Positions 41,202 to 49,600 of a DNA stretch of 64,000 nt are shown in pieces. Within the stretch, counting starts at the first letter, position 1, and the number at the start of each line of letters is the position of its first letter. The translations under genes and the position numbers were made by a program. Source of the stretch: an uncultured Methylomirabilota bacterium (GTDB lineage Bacteria > Methylomirabilota > Methylomirabilia > Methylomirabilales > 2-02-FULL-66-22); contig CAWJSJ010000001.1 of the NCBI GenBank assembly GCA_963845565.1, forward strand, positions 736,001 to 800,000. Reading direction: 5' to 3'. The notes beneath the pieces are model-generated. The model saw nothing but the letters and a program-made list of their open reading frames with translations, did no database searches and was not told the origin of the DNA.

Positions 41202-41381
41202 TACACGTAAGTTGCCCCCGCGTCAGCGCCAACTGACCGGGGGCCTGGCCCATGTCTCACACTCTCAAGGAGGAGCACCACGAGCAAACACACCCTGCCA
41301 GACGGACCCGCCCGAGTCAAGCCAGAACCACCACCGCATCCGATCCTCCGGGAGCATTGTCTGGCGCGGTAGGGAGTACCG

Positions 41382-41470
41382 AACACGAGTTTGTCGCTTG
41401 CCGCCGGAGCGAATATCAAGTACCTTTCGCAGTAGATGGGCTACGCCTCGGCGCCGATCACGGTCGCGCT
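41382..41470 (+). pseudogene. Tyrosine integrase C-terminal relic
   Basis: NTSLSLAAGANIKYLSQ*MGYASAPIT resembles integrase box II (ASLL...GANIKYVSxQLGHAS..IT), with an in-frame stop and His changed to Tyr. Confidence 0.6.
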
Positions 41471-41507
41471 GGGGCGCAGGCGCGCACGCCAAGGAGATGT
41501 CTCGATC

Positions 41508-42011
41508 ATGGCTCAGATGCCTGCCTGTCCGTATTGCGGCGCGATACACCCCGCGATCCTGGCGGGGGGAGTGTGTCCGGTGTGCGGGACGCCGCTCGCG
41601 CCGGACCCCATGAGCGCCATCCGACCGACCACCATACTCTGGATCGATGACGACCGGCTCCTCCTTAGCGTTTGCGGGGATGCCTTCGAGCGCTTCGGAT
41701 TCCAGGTCCTCGTCGCGAGCGACGGCGCCACGGGCATCGAGTTGGCCAAGAAGGAGCGCCCGGACCTGATCCTGCTCGACGTGGTCATGTTCGGCATGGA
41801 TGGATTCGAGGTCTGTCAGCGCCTGCGCGCCGAGCCCACGTTAGCGGAGACGCCGATCGTGCTTCTAACCGTGCTGGATGACGCCGGCATACGCGACCGG
41901 GGACGAGAACTCGGGGCGACCTCGGTCTGGTCGAAGCCGTTCGGACCGGACGATCTCATCATGAGGGTCACCAAACTACTCGGGCAGACGCCGCGCAGGA
42001 CGGCCCTCTGA
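41508..42011 (+). CDS. Response regulator receiver with an N-terminal CxxC-CxxC zinc ribbon
   Basis: CPYC..CPVC, then IDDD, PDLILLDVVM, LLT and KPF. Confidence 0.8.
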   Translation: MAQMPACPYCGAIHPAILAGGVCPVCGTPLAPDPMSAIRPTTILWIDDDRLLLSVCGDAFERFGFQVLVASDGATGIELAKKERPDLILLDVVMFGMDGFEVCQRLRAEPTLAETPIVLLTVLDDAGIRDRGRELGATSVWSKPFGPDDLIMRVTKLLGQTPRRTAL

Positions 42012-42078
42012 GAAGCGGGCGTGTTCCGGCCGTGTCCAGCGTGGCGGCAAATGGACGTTTTGCCGCCGTGGGCTTCCC

Positions 42079-42729
42079 GTGAAGATTCTCGCGCTCAGCG
42101 ATCAGGTGGTGGAGCAGATCTACAGCCCGCAGGTCAAGGACCGGTTCGGCGACGTCAAGCTGGTGCTGGGGTGCGGCGATCTCCCGGGCTACTACCTTGA
42201 CTACGTGGTTTCGACGCTGAACGTTCCCTTCTTTCATGTCCCGGGCAACCACGACCTGCCAACGTCCGTTCCCGGATGGGATCGCCGGACCCCGGCGGAG
42301 CTTCCCCTGGACTGCGGGAATCTGGACGGGCGAATGGTGGAGGAGCAAGGCCTCCTCTTGGCGGGTTTCGGCGGCAGCGTGCGGTATCGCCCGGACGGAG
42401 ACCATCAGTACACACAAGCGGAAATGCGCCGCCGCGTCCTGGCCCTCGTGCCGCGCCTCTGGATGAACCGCGTTCGGTACGGGCGCGCGCTCGACCTTTG
42501 CATCACCCATTCGCCCCCCAAGGGAATTCACGACGGGACCGACCCCGCGCACGTCGGATTTGACGCCTTCAACCGCTTCATCGCGCGGTTTCACCCTCGA
42601 TATCTGCTGCACGGCCATTCGCACGTGTGGCGTCGCGACACCATCGTGACGACGCAGGTTGGGGCCACGACGGTCGTCAACGTGTGCCCCTATCGCGTCA
42701 TCGAGATCGCTCCCAATCATGCTGGATGA
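42079..42729 (+). CDS. Calcineurin-like metallophosphoesterase
   Basis: LSD, CGDL, VPGNHD, ITHSPP and LHGHSH. Confidence 0.88.
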   Translation: MKILALSDQVVEQIYSPQVKDRFGDVKLVLGCGDLPGYYLDYVVSTLNVPFFHVPGNHDLPTSVPGWDRRTPAELPLDCGNLDGRMVEEQGLLLAGFGGSVRYRPDGDHQYTQAEMRRRVLALVPRLWMNRVRYGRALDLCITHSPPKGIHDGTDPAHVGFDAFNRFIARFHPRYLLHGHSHVWRRDTIVTTQVGATTVVNVCPYRVIEIAPNHAG

Positions 42730-43579
42730 GATTGCGGCACGGGTGCAGGCCGACTTTGCGCGCGCTCGCTCCCGGGCGTTTTTTAACCACATACTGGGTT
42801 TTTTGTCCGGGCGCCCCAAGCGGCTGCTGCCTTACGATCAGGTCAAAGAGAAGTTGCGGATCGGCGGTCCTATCTATCGGGGGATCCGGACCGTGGAAAT
42901 CGCGCGTATTGTGGGGAGTGTGAACCGCTACGCCGATTTCGACCGCGCCTTCCTCCCGACACACAATCGGAGCGCAGGCCGGTGGCAACACGTCGATCGT
43001 GCGTTCTACGAGGACATCAGCCTTCCCCCGGTGGTGCTCTACCAAGTGGGTGACGTGTACTTCGTCGTGGATGGGCATCACCGGGTCTCCGTCGCACGGC
43101 AACAGGGGCAGGAGTTCATCGAGGCCGAGGTGCGCGAGTGCAAGGTGAAGGTCCCGGTGGAGCCCGATCTTCGGCCGGAAGATCTGGAGATCCTCGGGGC
43201 CCGAGTGGAGTTTCTGGAGCGGAGCGGTCTGGACCGGGTACGTCCGGGGACCGATATCGCGGTGACCCTCCCCGACGGCTATAGCCGCATGCTGGAGCAT
43301 ATCGCGGTGCATCGCTATTTTATGGGACTGGATGAACAGCGGGACATCTCGGAGGACGAAGCGGTCGCCCACTGGTACGAGACCGTGTACCTTCCCGTCG
43401 TCCGGGTTATTCGGGAGCAGGGCATTTTGAGCGAATTCCCCGGGAAGACCGAAGGGGACCTGTATATCTGGGTGATGGATCACCAGCAATTCCTCCACGA
43501 GCAAGGGCAGGACCTCTCGTCGCCGGAAGTGGCCGCCGTCCAATACCTTCAGCGCGTGGACCGCTCCTTTGAAATGTGA
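42719..43579 (+). CDS. ParB/Srx-like domain protein (DUF4032-associated type)
   Basis: IVGSVNRY.DFDR.FLP, LPPVVLY, YFVVDGHHRVSVA and C-terminal EHIAVHRYF..WY..Y.P..DLY.W. Confidence 0.7.
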   Translation: MLDEIAARVQADFARARSRAFFNHILGFLSGRPKRLLPYDQVKEKLRIGGPIYRGIRTVEIARIVGSVNRYADFDRAFLPTHNRSAGRWQHVDRAFYEDISLPPVVLYQVGDVYFVVDGHHRVSVARQQGQEFIEAEVRECKVKVPVEPDLRPEDLEILGARVEFLERSGLDRVRPGTDIAVTLPDGYSRMLEHIAVHRYFMGLDEQRDISEDEAVAHWYETVYLPVVRVIREQGILSEFPGKTEGDLYIWVMDHQQFLHEQGQDLSSPEVAAVQYLQRVDRSFEM

Positions 43580-43690
43580 CTCGTTCCGCGTGCCGGCGGC
43601 GATTGACAACGCTAGCGAAATGCGCTACAAGTTCGCGGACATCTCGGCGGAGACGGCGAACGGGGCCTCCGCGGACGGGCGGTATGTTCG

Positions 43691-44008
43691 ATGGAAGGAT
43701 CGGCCGCGGTTCCGTCGGGTGGGGAAGACGTGGTGGCCCTTGAAGTGCGGGTTGCGGGACGCGTTCAGGGGGTAGGCTTCCGGTACTTCGCCCACGACGT
43801 GGCGAGACGCCTCCGGATCGTAGGGTATGTCGCGAACCAACGTGATGGGTCTGTCCGCACCTATGCAGAGGGCCCTCGGGGGGTCTTGGAATCGTTCCTG
43901 CAATTGATGGAGCGAGGCCCGGCCGGTGCGCACGTGCGCGAGGTGCGAAGTCATTGGGGACCCGCCACGGGACAGTACACCTGCTTCCGGATCGAGCGCA
44001 CCGCGTGA
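43691..44008 (+). CDS. acyP: Acylphosphatase
   Basis: GRVQGVGFR and GYVAN..DGSV..AEG. Confidence 0.92.
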   Translation: MEGSAAVPSGGEDVVALEVRVAGRVQGVGFRYFAHDVARRLRIVGYVANQRDGSVRTYAEGPRGVLESFLQLMERGPAGAHVREVRSHWGPATGQYTCFRIERTA

Positions 44009-44034
44009 GAGTTGAGAGGAGATCGCCGACAACC

Positions 44035-44556
44035 ATGGTCATCGAGGACCTAAAGCAACGGATTCGCGAGATCCCGGATTTCCCCAAAGCCGGCATCCTG
44101 TTCCGGGACATCACGCCCCTGTTATCGGACGGGCCAGCGTTTCGTCAGGCTATCGACTTGATCGGCGGACGATATCTGGACCGCAGGATCGACGTCGTGG
44201 TCGGGGTGGAAGCGCGAGGCTTTGTCATGGGGTCCGCGCTGGCGTACAAACTGGGTGCCGGGAATGCGCTGATCCGAAAGCCCGGGAAGTTGCCCTTCAA
44301 AACAAACCGGACGACCTACGCGCTTGAGTATGGAACCGACACGCTCGAGATCCACCAAGATGCCATCACGCCTGGGCAACGCGTCGTGCTGGCGGACGAC
44401 CTCTTGGCCACGGGCGGCACGATCTCGGCCGCGGCGGAATTGGTGCGTCAATTGGGCGGTGAGATCGTGGAACTGGCGTTTTTGATCGAGTTGAGTGCAT
44501 TGAACGGGCGCGACCGCCTGAAGGGCTTGCCGGTCTTCTCGTTGATTCAGTACTGA
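44035..44556 (+). CDS. apt: Adenine phosphoribosyltransferase
   Basis: IPDFPK.GILFRDITP, EARGF, RKPGKLP, LEYG and DDLLATGGT. Confidence 0.96.
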   Translation: MVIEDLKQRIREIPDFPKAGILFRDITPLLSDGPAFRQAIDLIGGRYLDRRIDVVVGVEARGFVMGSALAYKLGAGNALIRKPGKLPFKTNRTTYALEYGTDTLEIHQDAITPGQRVVLADDLLATGGTISAAAELVRQLGGEIVELAFLIELSALNGRDRLKGLPVFSLIQY

Positions 44557-44589
44557 CCGAACGGTGTAACGATTCGTCTTCCATGGTAA

Positions 44590-44666
44590 GGCCCTGTAGC
44601 TCAGCTGGATAGAGCGCCGCCGTCCTAAGGCGGGCGTCGGGGGTTCGAGTCCCTCCAGGGCCGCCA
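44590..44666 (+). tRNA. tRNA-Arg(CCT)
   Basis: Cloverleaf, anticodon arm CCGCC-GTCCTAA-GGCGG and encoded CCA. Confidence 0.93.
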
Positions 44667-44738
44667 AAGTCGCGCGCAGGCGCCTGTAAGCGTTGCCGTT
44701 TTCTGGACAAGTCACATCACACGAGGTCAAGTTCGCTC

Positions 44739-45422
44739 ATGGGAAAAGAGTTGAGCAAGGAAGACGTCCGGCGGAACCCCCTGGCAGTGTGGGTCGGAAA
44801 CGCACTACAGTTCGGACAAGGGCACAAGGCCTTATTGGCGGTGATTCTCGTGGGTGCCGTGGTCGCCGCCGCCGCGGCCGGCGCTTATGGGTGGTACCAG
44901 GAACGGCAAGAGCGTGCAGCGCAAACGCTCTTCGTGAAAGCGCAAGCGGCCCTGGTCCCCGAAAAGCAGGGCGCGCCAGTCAACCCCGAGGAAGCGAAGA
45001 AGGTGTACGCCGAGATCGCCGACGGGTATCCGGGAACCGTGAGCGCCGAGGAATCGCTGATTCGGTTGGGTAACTTACAATACGATGGCGGGAAAACCGC
45101 AGAGGCCATCGCGACGTTTGGGCGCTATCTGACCACGTATTCACGCGGCCGATTTCGCGTGATGGCTGGGGTCGGAAAGGCCTACGCGGAAGAAGCAGCG
45201 GGAAATCTTCCGGCTGCAGAGAAGACCTTGAACGATCTGCTACCGACCATCACCGATGATCCGTTGGCCGGGGAGGCGTATTCGAGCTTGGCGCACGTGT
45301 ATGAGGCAATGAAAAAACCCGAAGACGCCATTCGGGTGTACGGGCAGATTGCCGAGCGTTTCGCGCAGACGCACTGGGGACAGAACGCTGTTCAGCGCAT
45401 GGGCACACTAAAGACCAAATAG
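44739..45422 (+). CDS. Membrane-anchored TPR protein (YfgM-like)
   Basis: N-terminal TM helix followed by several TPR-like helices. Confidence 0.75.
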   Translation: MGKELSKEDVRRNPLAVWVGNALQFGQGHKALLAVILVGAVVAAAAAGAYGWYQERQERAAQTLFVKAQAALVPEKQGAPVNPEEAKKVYAEIADGYPGTVSAEESLIRLGNLQYDGGKTAEAIATFGRYLTTYSRGRFRVMAGVGKAYAEEAAGNLPAAEKTLNDLLPTITDDPLAGEAYSSLAHVYEAMKKPEDAIRVYGQIAERFAQTHWGQNAVQRMGTLKTK

Positions 45423-45690
45423 TAGAGTGATCTACCGGGGAATACTAGAAATTTCGAGGCGTTTGGCCGTGAACCGGCTCTGTGTTGACAGGGCCGCTTA
45501 CAGTTAAGCGGCCGAAGTCGGACCGGGCAGAGATCTAGCTTTGAGCTCTTGCCTGTGGCTGCGCCGTCGCCGTCTCCTACGGTTTTCCTACCGAACGTCT
45601 TACCGTTTCCAATTCTTCACAGACCACGTGATTTCCACTCAGAGTTCGCGGCGAGGAAGAGCCTCCACGCGGGAATCGTCACGTTTCGGC

Positions 45691-45787
45691 TTAGGAGCCG
45701 TTACGAAATAACCTATTCTATTTCGTTACGGCTCCTTATGCCGTTTCGGAATGTCTCCGTTCAACTTATTCTTTGACAACGGCTTAG
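45691..45787. repeat. ~100-bp double-hairpin repeat, copy 2
   Basis: Matches 35770-35875 apart from a 9-bp loop deletion and 2 substitutions. Confidence 0.9.
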
Positions 45788-46089
45788 AGACGGGAGCAAG
45801 ATTTGTGTTCAGAACAGATCGGGGGACGCGGAGGTTTCTCCGTTGCGGGAAATTGAAAGCGCGATATCGGAATGGACCGGCAGGGAGGGGGGCCCGTTTG
45901 CGCGGAATCGGGTATGGATTTTGGTCAGGTTCCTCGTCGCTTCGATGATATAGTAACGTCTGATAATGTGTATTATGTAAATATTCAACCGGGAAAAGAA
46001 GAACTCTTCACACCTCCAGACTGGAGCACCTCTCTTCACCACCACAACCCTATTTCGCATGCGAACCCACACTCTTTGATCACCTCCTG

Positions 46090-46830
46090 CAGCATCGTGT
46101 CATCCACCGTTTGGCGGAAGGAACCCGGTACCGCGTACTTCACCAAGCCCGATTCTCGGTGGATGTTTTCCTGTTCTTGAAAACTCCATGTGTTGATTGC
46201 CAGATCCCGGCGTTACGTCATTGACGTTGTCGCACGAATTTCCGCTTCTTTGGCGCCGGTATATTTCTCGACGATGCCAGACTCTCTGGCGCCAAATGGT
46301 AGCACTTTGGGATCTTTGGCCCCTTTTAGCAATCCGACCAACACGCGCATTGCGACCCATGGTCGTTGCCTTATTAACTTTCCTTATCACATGATATATG
46401 TTTCATATCATACTGGATCAAATAGACGTTTTAATTATCAATATGAAACTTCCTTCGATGCCATCTTCACGAAGGAACTGCCAAGGAAACCCACTTCAAC
46501 CGCACCCTTTTCAAGAAAAATCCCCGGCAGAACCCATGCCGCCCGCCACGCCCACTTTCCTTCCTTTGAGATCGGCCAGCCTCCGCACCTCCTTCTTCCT
46601 CCACAGAGGTCTCCGCACCAAGACGTGGCCGGCCCGTTCTGAAGAGTTTGCTCCGCCGTGGTTGCGACAATCTTGAGGTCCATTTGCCGATCGAAGACCT
46701 TGAAGACTCTCGCCGACATTCCCACCGCACCGACATCGACCCGTACGGACGCAAGGAACGCCATCACCTGAACATCCACACACTGGCTTGCTTGACGAAT
46801 CGATGATCCGATCCCGCTGAGTGGCGGTCA
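46090..46830 (-). pseudogene. NitT/TauT (SsuA/NMT1-type) ABC substrate-binding protein pseudogene
   Basis: Fragments in different frames with stops: MAFLAS..VDVGAVG..DLKIVA; LADLKGRKVGVAGG.GSAG; LEKGAVEVGFL; LIRQRP..VLVGLLKGA; EQENIH..SGLVKY. Confidence 0.7.
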
Positions 46831-46859
46831 TCACTCGTCTGCCCTCCCCTGCGCCACGA

Positions 46860-47192
46860 CCCCTTCCAATCACTCCCAGATACGATAGCGAACGCGGGAA
46901 GGTGTCGTAGCTTGTGCGATCGAGGCCTGGAAAAGGGGACGTCGAATAGCGCCGGCACACACCCCGGCCGGACGGTCATCCGGAGGACGAGATCCCCAGC
47001 AAGAGTGCCTCCTCGATGCTATCGATGATGAAGAGAACAGTCTTGCAGTCCGCCCCCAGATGTGCGCGAGCTCCCCTTGGAGGACGTTTCGCGAAATCGC
47101 GTCTAACGATCCGAGCGGCTCGTCCATCAACAGCACGTCGGGATTCGCGGCCAGCACCCGGGCAATCCCCACGCGTTGCTTTATGCCTTCCC
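46860..47192 (-). pseudogene. NitT/TauT ABC ATPase C-terminal pseudogene
   Basis: KQRVGIARVLAANPDVLLMDEPLGSLDA, frameshift to KTVLFIIDSIEEALLLG, then MTVRPG..DVPFSRPR. Confidence 0.8.
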
Positions 47193-47774
47193 CAGTAATT
47201 CGCCCGCGAGTTTGAACTCGAACCGATGATCGTCACCGAGGCCTCCATCTACTGGAAGCTCTTGGCGCAGGCCCGCAAGGACAACCGTATCGGCCACGTG
47301 CCGCACACGCCTGGCGTGGACGTGGACACCGCGTGGGATTTCGGTTTCCGCGATGCGACCGCGATTTGGTTTACCCAACGGGTGGGCGTGGCGTACCACG
47401 TGATTTGCTATTTCCAGGCGGCGGGCCTGACCGTGGCCGGCTCCGCCGACGTGCTCAAGGAACGGAAGCGGGCTCACGAGTACTCGTACGGGCGGTCCTA
47501 CGTGCCCCGCGACGCGACGAGCGAAAACATTCAGACGGGGCACTCCATCGACGGCACGGCCATGGAGTGTGGCCTGTTCTTTGAGATCGTGCAGCGAAGC
47601 TCGGTGGCCGCGGGTACCTCCGCGACACGACAACTCCTCCCGCAAATGTGGTTTGACGCGGGGAAGTGTGCCTAGGGGGTCGAAGCCCTGAAGCGGTACA
47701 AGTACGAATGGAACCCGGACTTGCAGGTGTTCTCCATAAAGCCCGAGCATTCATGGTATTCGAACGCCGCCGAT
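47193..47774 (+). pseudogene. Phage terminase large subunit, C-terminal nuclease-domain relic
   Basis: FAREFE..., TAWDFGFRDATAIWF.Q, WFDAGKCA*GVEALKRY..EW...F..KP.H.W.SNAAD. There is an internal stop and no ATPase domain. Confidence 0.75.
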
Positions 47775-47874
47775 CGAAGAGGATCTCGACTACCCCGGTC
47801 TGGCTACTGGTGGCGACCAATGTCCGAAACAGCTCCGGCCGATCCCGGGACACGATGATGAGTCCGTGCGCCAT
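47763..47874 (-). pseudogene. Truncated small protein (IIVSRDRPEL...VEILFDRR type)
   Basis: MAHGLIIVSRDRPELFRTL..GVVEILFDRRR runs into the terminase relic. Family resemblance is from recollection, unverified. Confidence 0.4.
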
Positions 47875-48061
47875 TTCCACACCCCGACCCAATAAAGCAT
47901 CCCCCGCGCACACCGGGCGGCCCTCACCGCTGCGGCGGGTTCGCGTCGGGTGGCGGTGGGCATCCGGCGGGAAACAGGAATAGAGTCTGACGAGCGGGCC
48001 GGGATGTCAAGCGCAAATCCGGTTGCGGTTGCGGCGCGGACGCGATAACGGAGATCATCGG

Positions 48062-48250
48062 ATGCGAATCCCAACCGAGGTGCCTGCCGGTCTCCTGGCT
48101 GTGCCCTGCGGGAAGGGCTGCATCCTGCTCTTGACACCGCAGGAAATCACAACCGGGATCCGTCGTGGAAAGTGTGGGCGCCGCCTGGTGGCGATGGAAC
48201 AGCGGATCGGAGAGACGGTGCCCACGGCATTGTCAACGGAGGGGCGATGA
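48062..48250 (+). CDS. Small hypothetical protein (prophage-like)
   Basis: GGAG RBS; ATGA overlap with the next ORF. Confidence 0.4.
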   Translation: MRIPTEVPAGLLAVPCGKGCILLLTPQEITTGIRRGKCGRRLVAMEQRIGETVPTALSTEGR

Positions 48251-48429
48251 GATTGCTTGGAGAGATCCTTACCCCCTTGGTCTTCGCGGCGGGCCTCGGC
48301 ATCAACTCCATCGCCGCCGGGGGGGGCTTTGATGCGTGGTGGTGCCGGCGCGAGGCCCTGGAGCGGCGGAAGGCTACCCGGCTTCCATCGCCTGTGGTAG
48401 CATCAGGCGAGCACCCGGCCGCCTCCTGA
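48247..48429 (+). CDS. Small hypothetical membrane protein
   Basis: GGAGG RBS, translational coupling and one hydrophobic segment. Confidence 0.4.
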   Translation: MRLLGEILTPLVFAAGLGINSIAAGGGFDAWWCRREALERRKATRLPSPVVASGEHPAAS

Positions 48430-49021
48430 CCGGGACGGAAAAGACGCCCTGCCATGCGTTGCGCCCACTGCGAGGCGGGATTTACTCCCAAGAATGTGCG
48501 GGGCCGATTCTGGTGAGCGAGGTGCCGGGCGCCGGCCTAGCAACGGACGCGTAGGGATGCGCTGGCGCTAGTCGACGAACAGCTCCCCAAATCTCCGGCT
48601 AACGCCAGGGCGGCCTTCGTGCGAGTGGACGCGGCCGGGGGCCGGGCCGGGCCGGCCCCTCCGGCCGCCTGGCGCCTGCACCCACCCGGTTGGGTGGGTA
48701 CCCGGAACCGCCCGGCCTTGCGCCGGGTCGCCCCGCCCGGGGGCGGGGCTCCGGACCGGCGCCGGCCGGGCCGCGGGCGCAGCGGCGTCGGGGCCGGCCC
48801 GGCCCCCGGCCTCCGCGGTGTCACCCCGTGGGTGCCCCCTCCCCGCGCTGGCGGCATCGCCGGGGGCCGCCCCGGCTGCGGTCGCGACGCGCTGTCCGTC
48901 CTCCCTGCGCGCGCTAGCCGGAGAACAGGGCAGCTCATCCGGGCATTGACGCGAGTGCGGGCCCTACGGGGCTCGACGGCGGCGTAGGGGGCCCACGGGG
49001 CGTGGAGGACGGGAAGAGGTC

Positions 49022-49396
49022 ATGGCGAGAAAGCGCGTGTTGATTGTGGATGATGAAGCGCCCCCCCGTGCAGTCATCCGGGAGTTACTCCAACGGTACG
49101 GCTACGAGCCCGCCGAGGCTGGAGACGGCCTGGAGGGTCTTGCCAAAGCCGAGACCCTCCCCCCGGATGTCATCCTACTGGAGGGGCGGATGCGGGGGCT
49201 CGACGGCTACGAGGTGTGTCGGCGCCTGAAGGCAAACCCACGGACGCAGCACATCCCGGTGATCTTCGTGACGGGCGTGGATGAGGACGAACTCTACGCT
49301 CTTGCCGACGAGGTTGGGGCCGCGGCGTTTATCACGAAACCCTTTCATCTCGAGACGCTGGTGGCCGTCATCGCGGCGGCCCTCACGAGCGCATGA
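49022..49396 (+). CDS. Single-domain response regulator with Glu at the phosphoacceptor position
   Basis: VLIVDDE, PDVILLEGRM, IFVTG and KPF. Confidence 0.8.
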   Translation: MARKRVLIVDDEAPPRAVIRELLQRYGYEPAEAGDGLEGLAKAETLPPDVILLEGRMRGLDGYEVCRRLKANPRTQHIPVIFVTGVDEDELYALADEVGAAAFITKPFHLETLVAVIAAALTSA

Positions 49397-49600
49397 CCCC
49401 CGGCGGAACCCACGGCAAGGGCGGATGGAATTAGGGCTGACGCTGGGTGAGCGCCTGCTCCGGCGCTGCCGGGCAGCCCGGAGCCGGCGCAAGTGAACGG
49501 AGGGGCTGGCACATCGGGACCCGTGCGTGCGGGAACCACTGGAGGCGGCGTTGTGTATGCTTGATTGGGTAGATGAACCCGGTATGAGGAGAGCGCGACC

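Noticed and set aside
45809..46676. Plus-strand ORFs in the AT-rich patch (e.g. 46190-46642)
   Set aside because: They are better explained as the antisense of the frameshifted SBP pseudogene.
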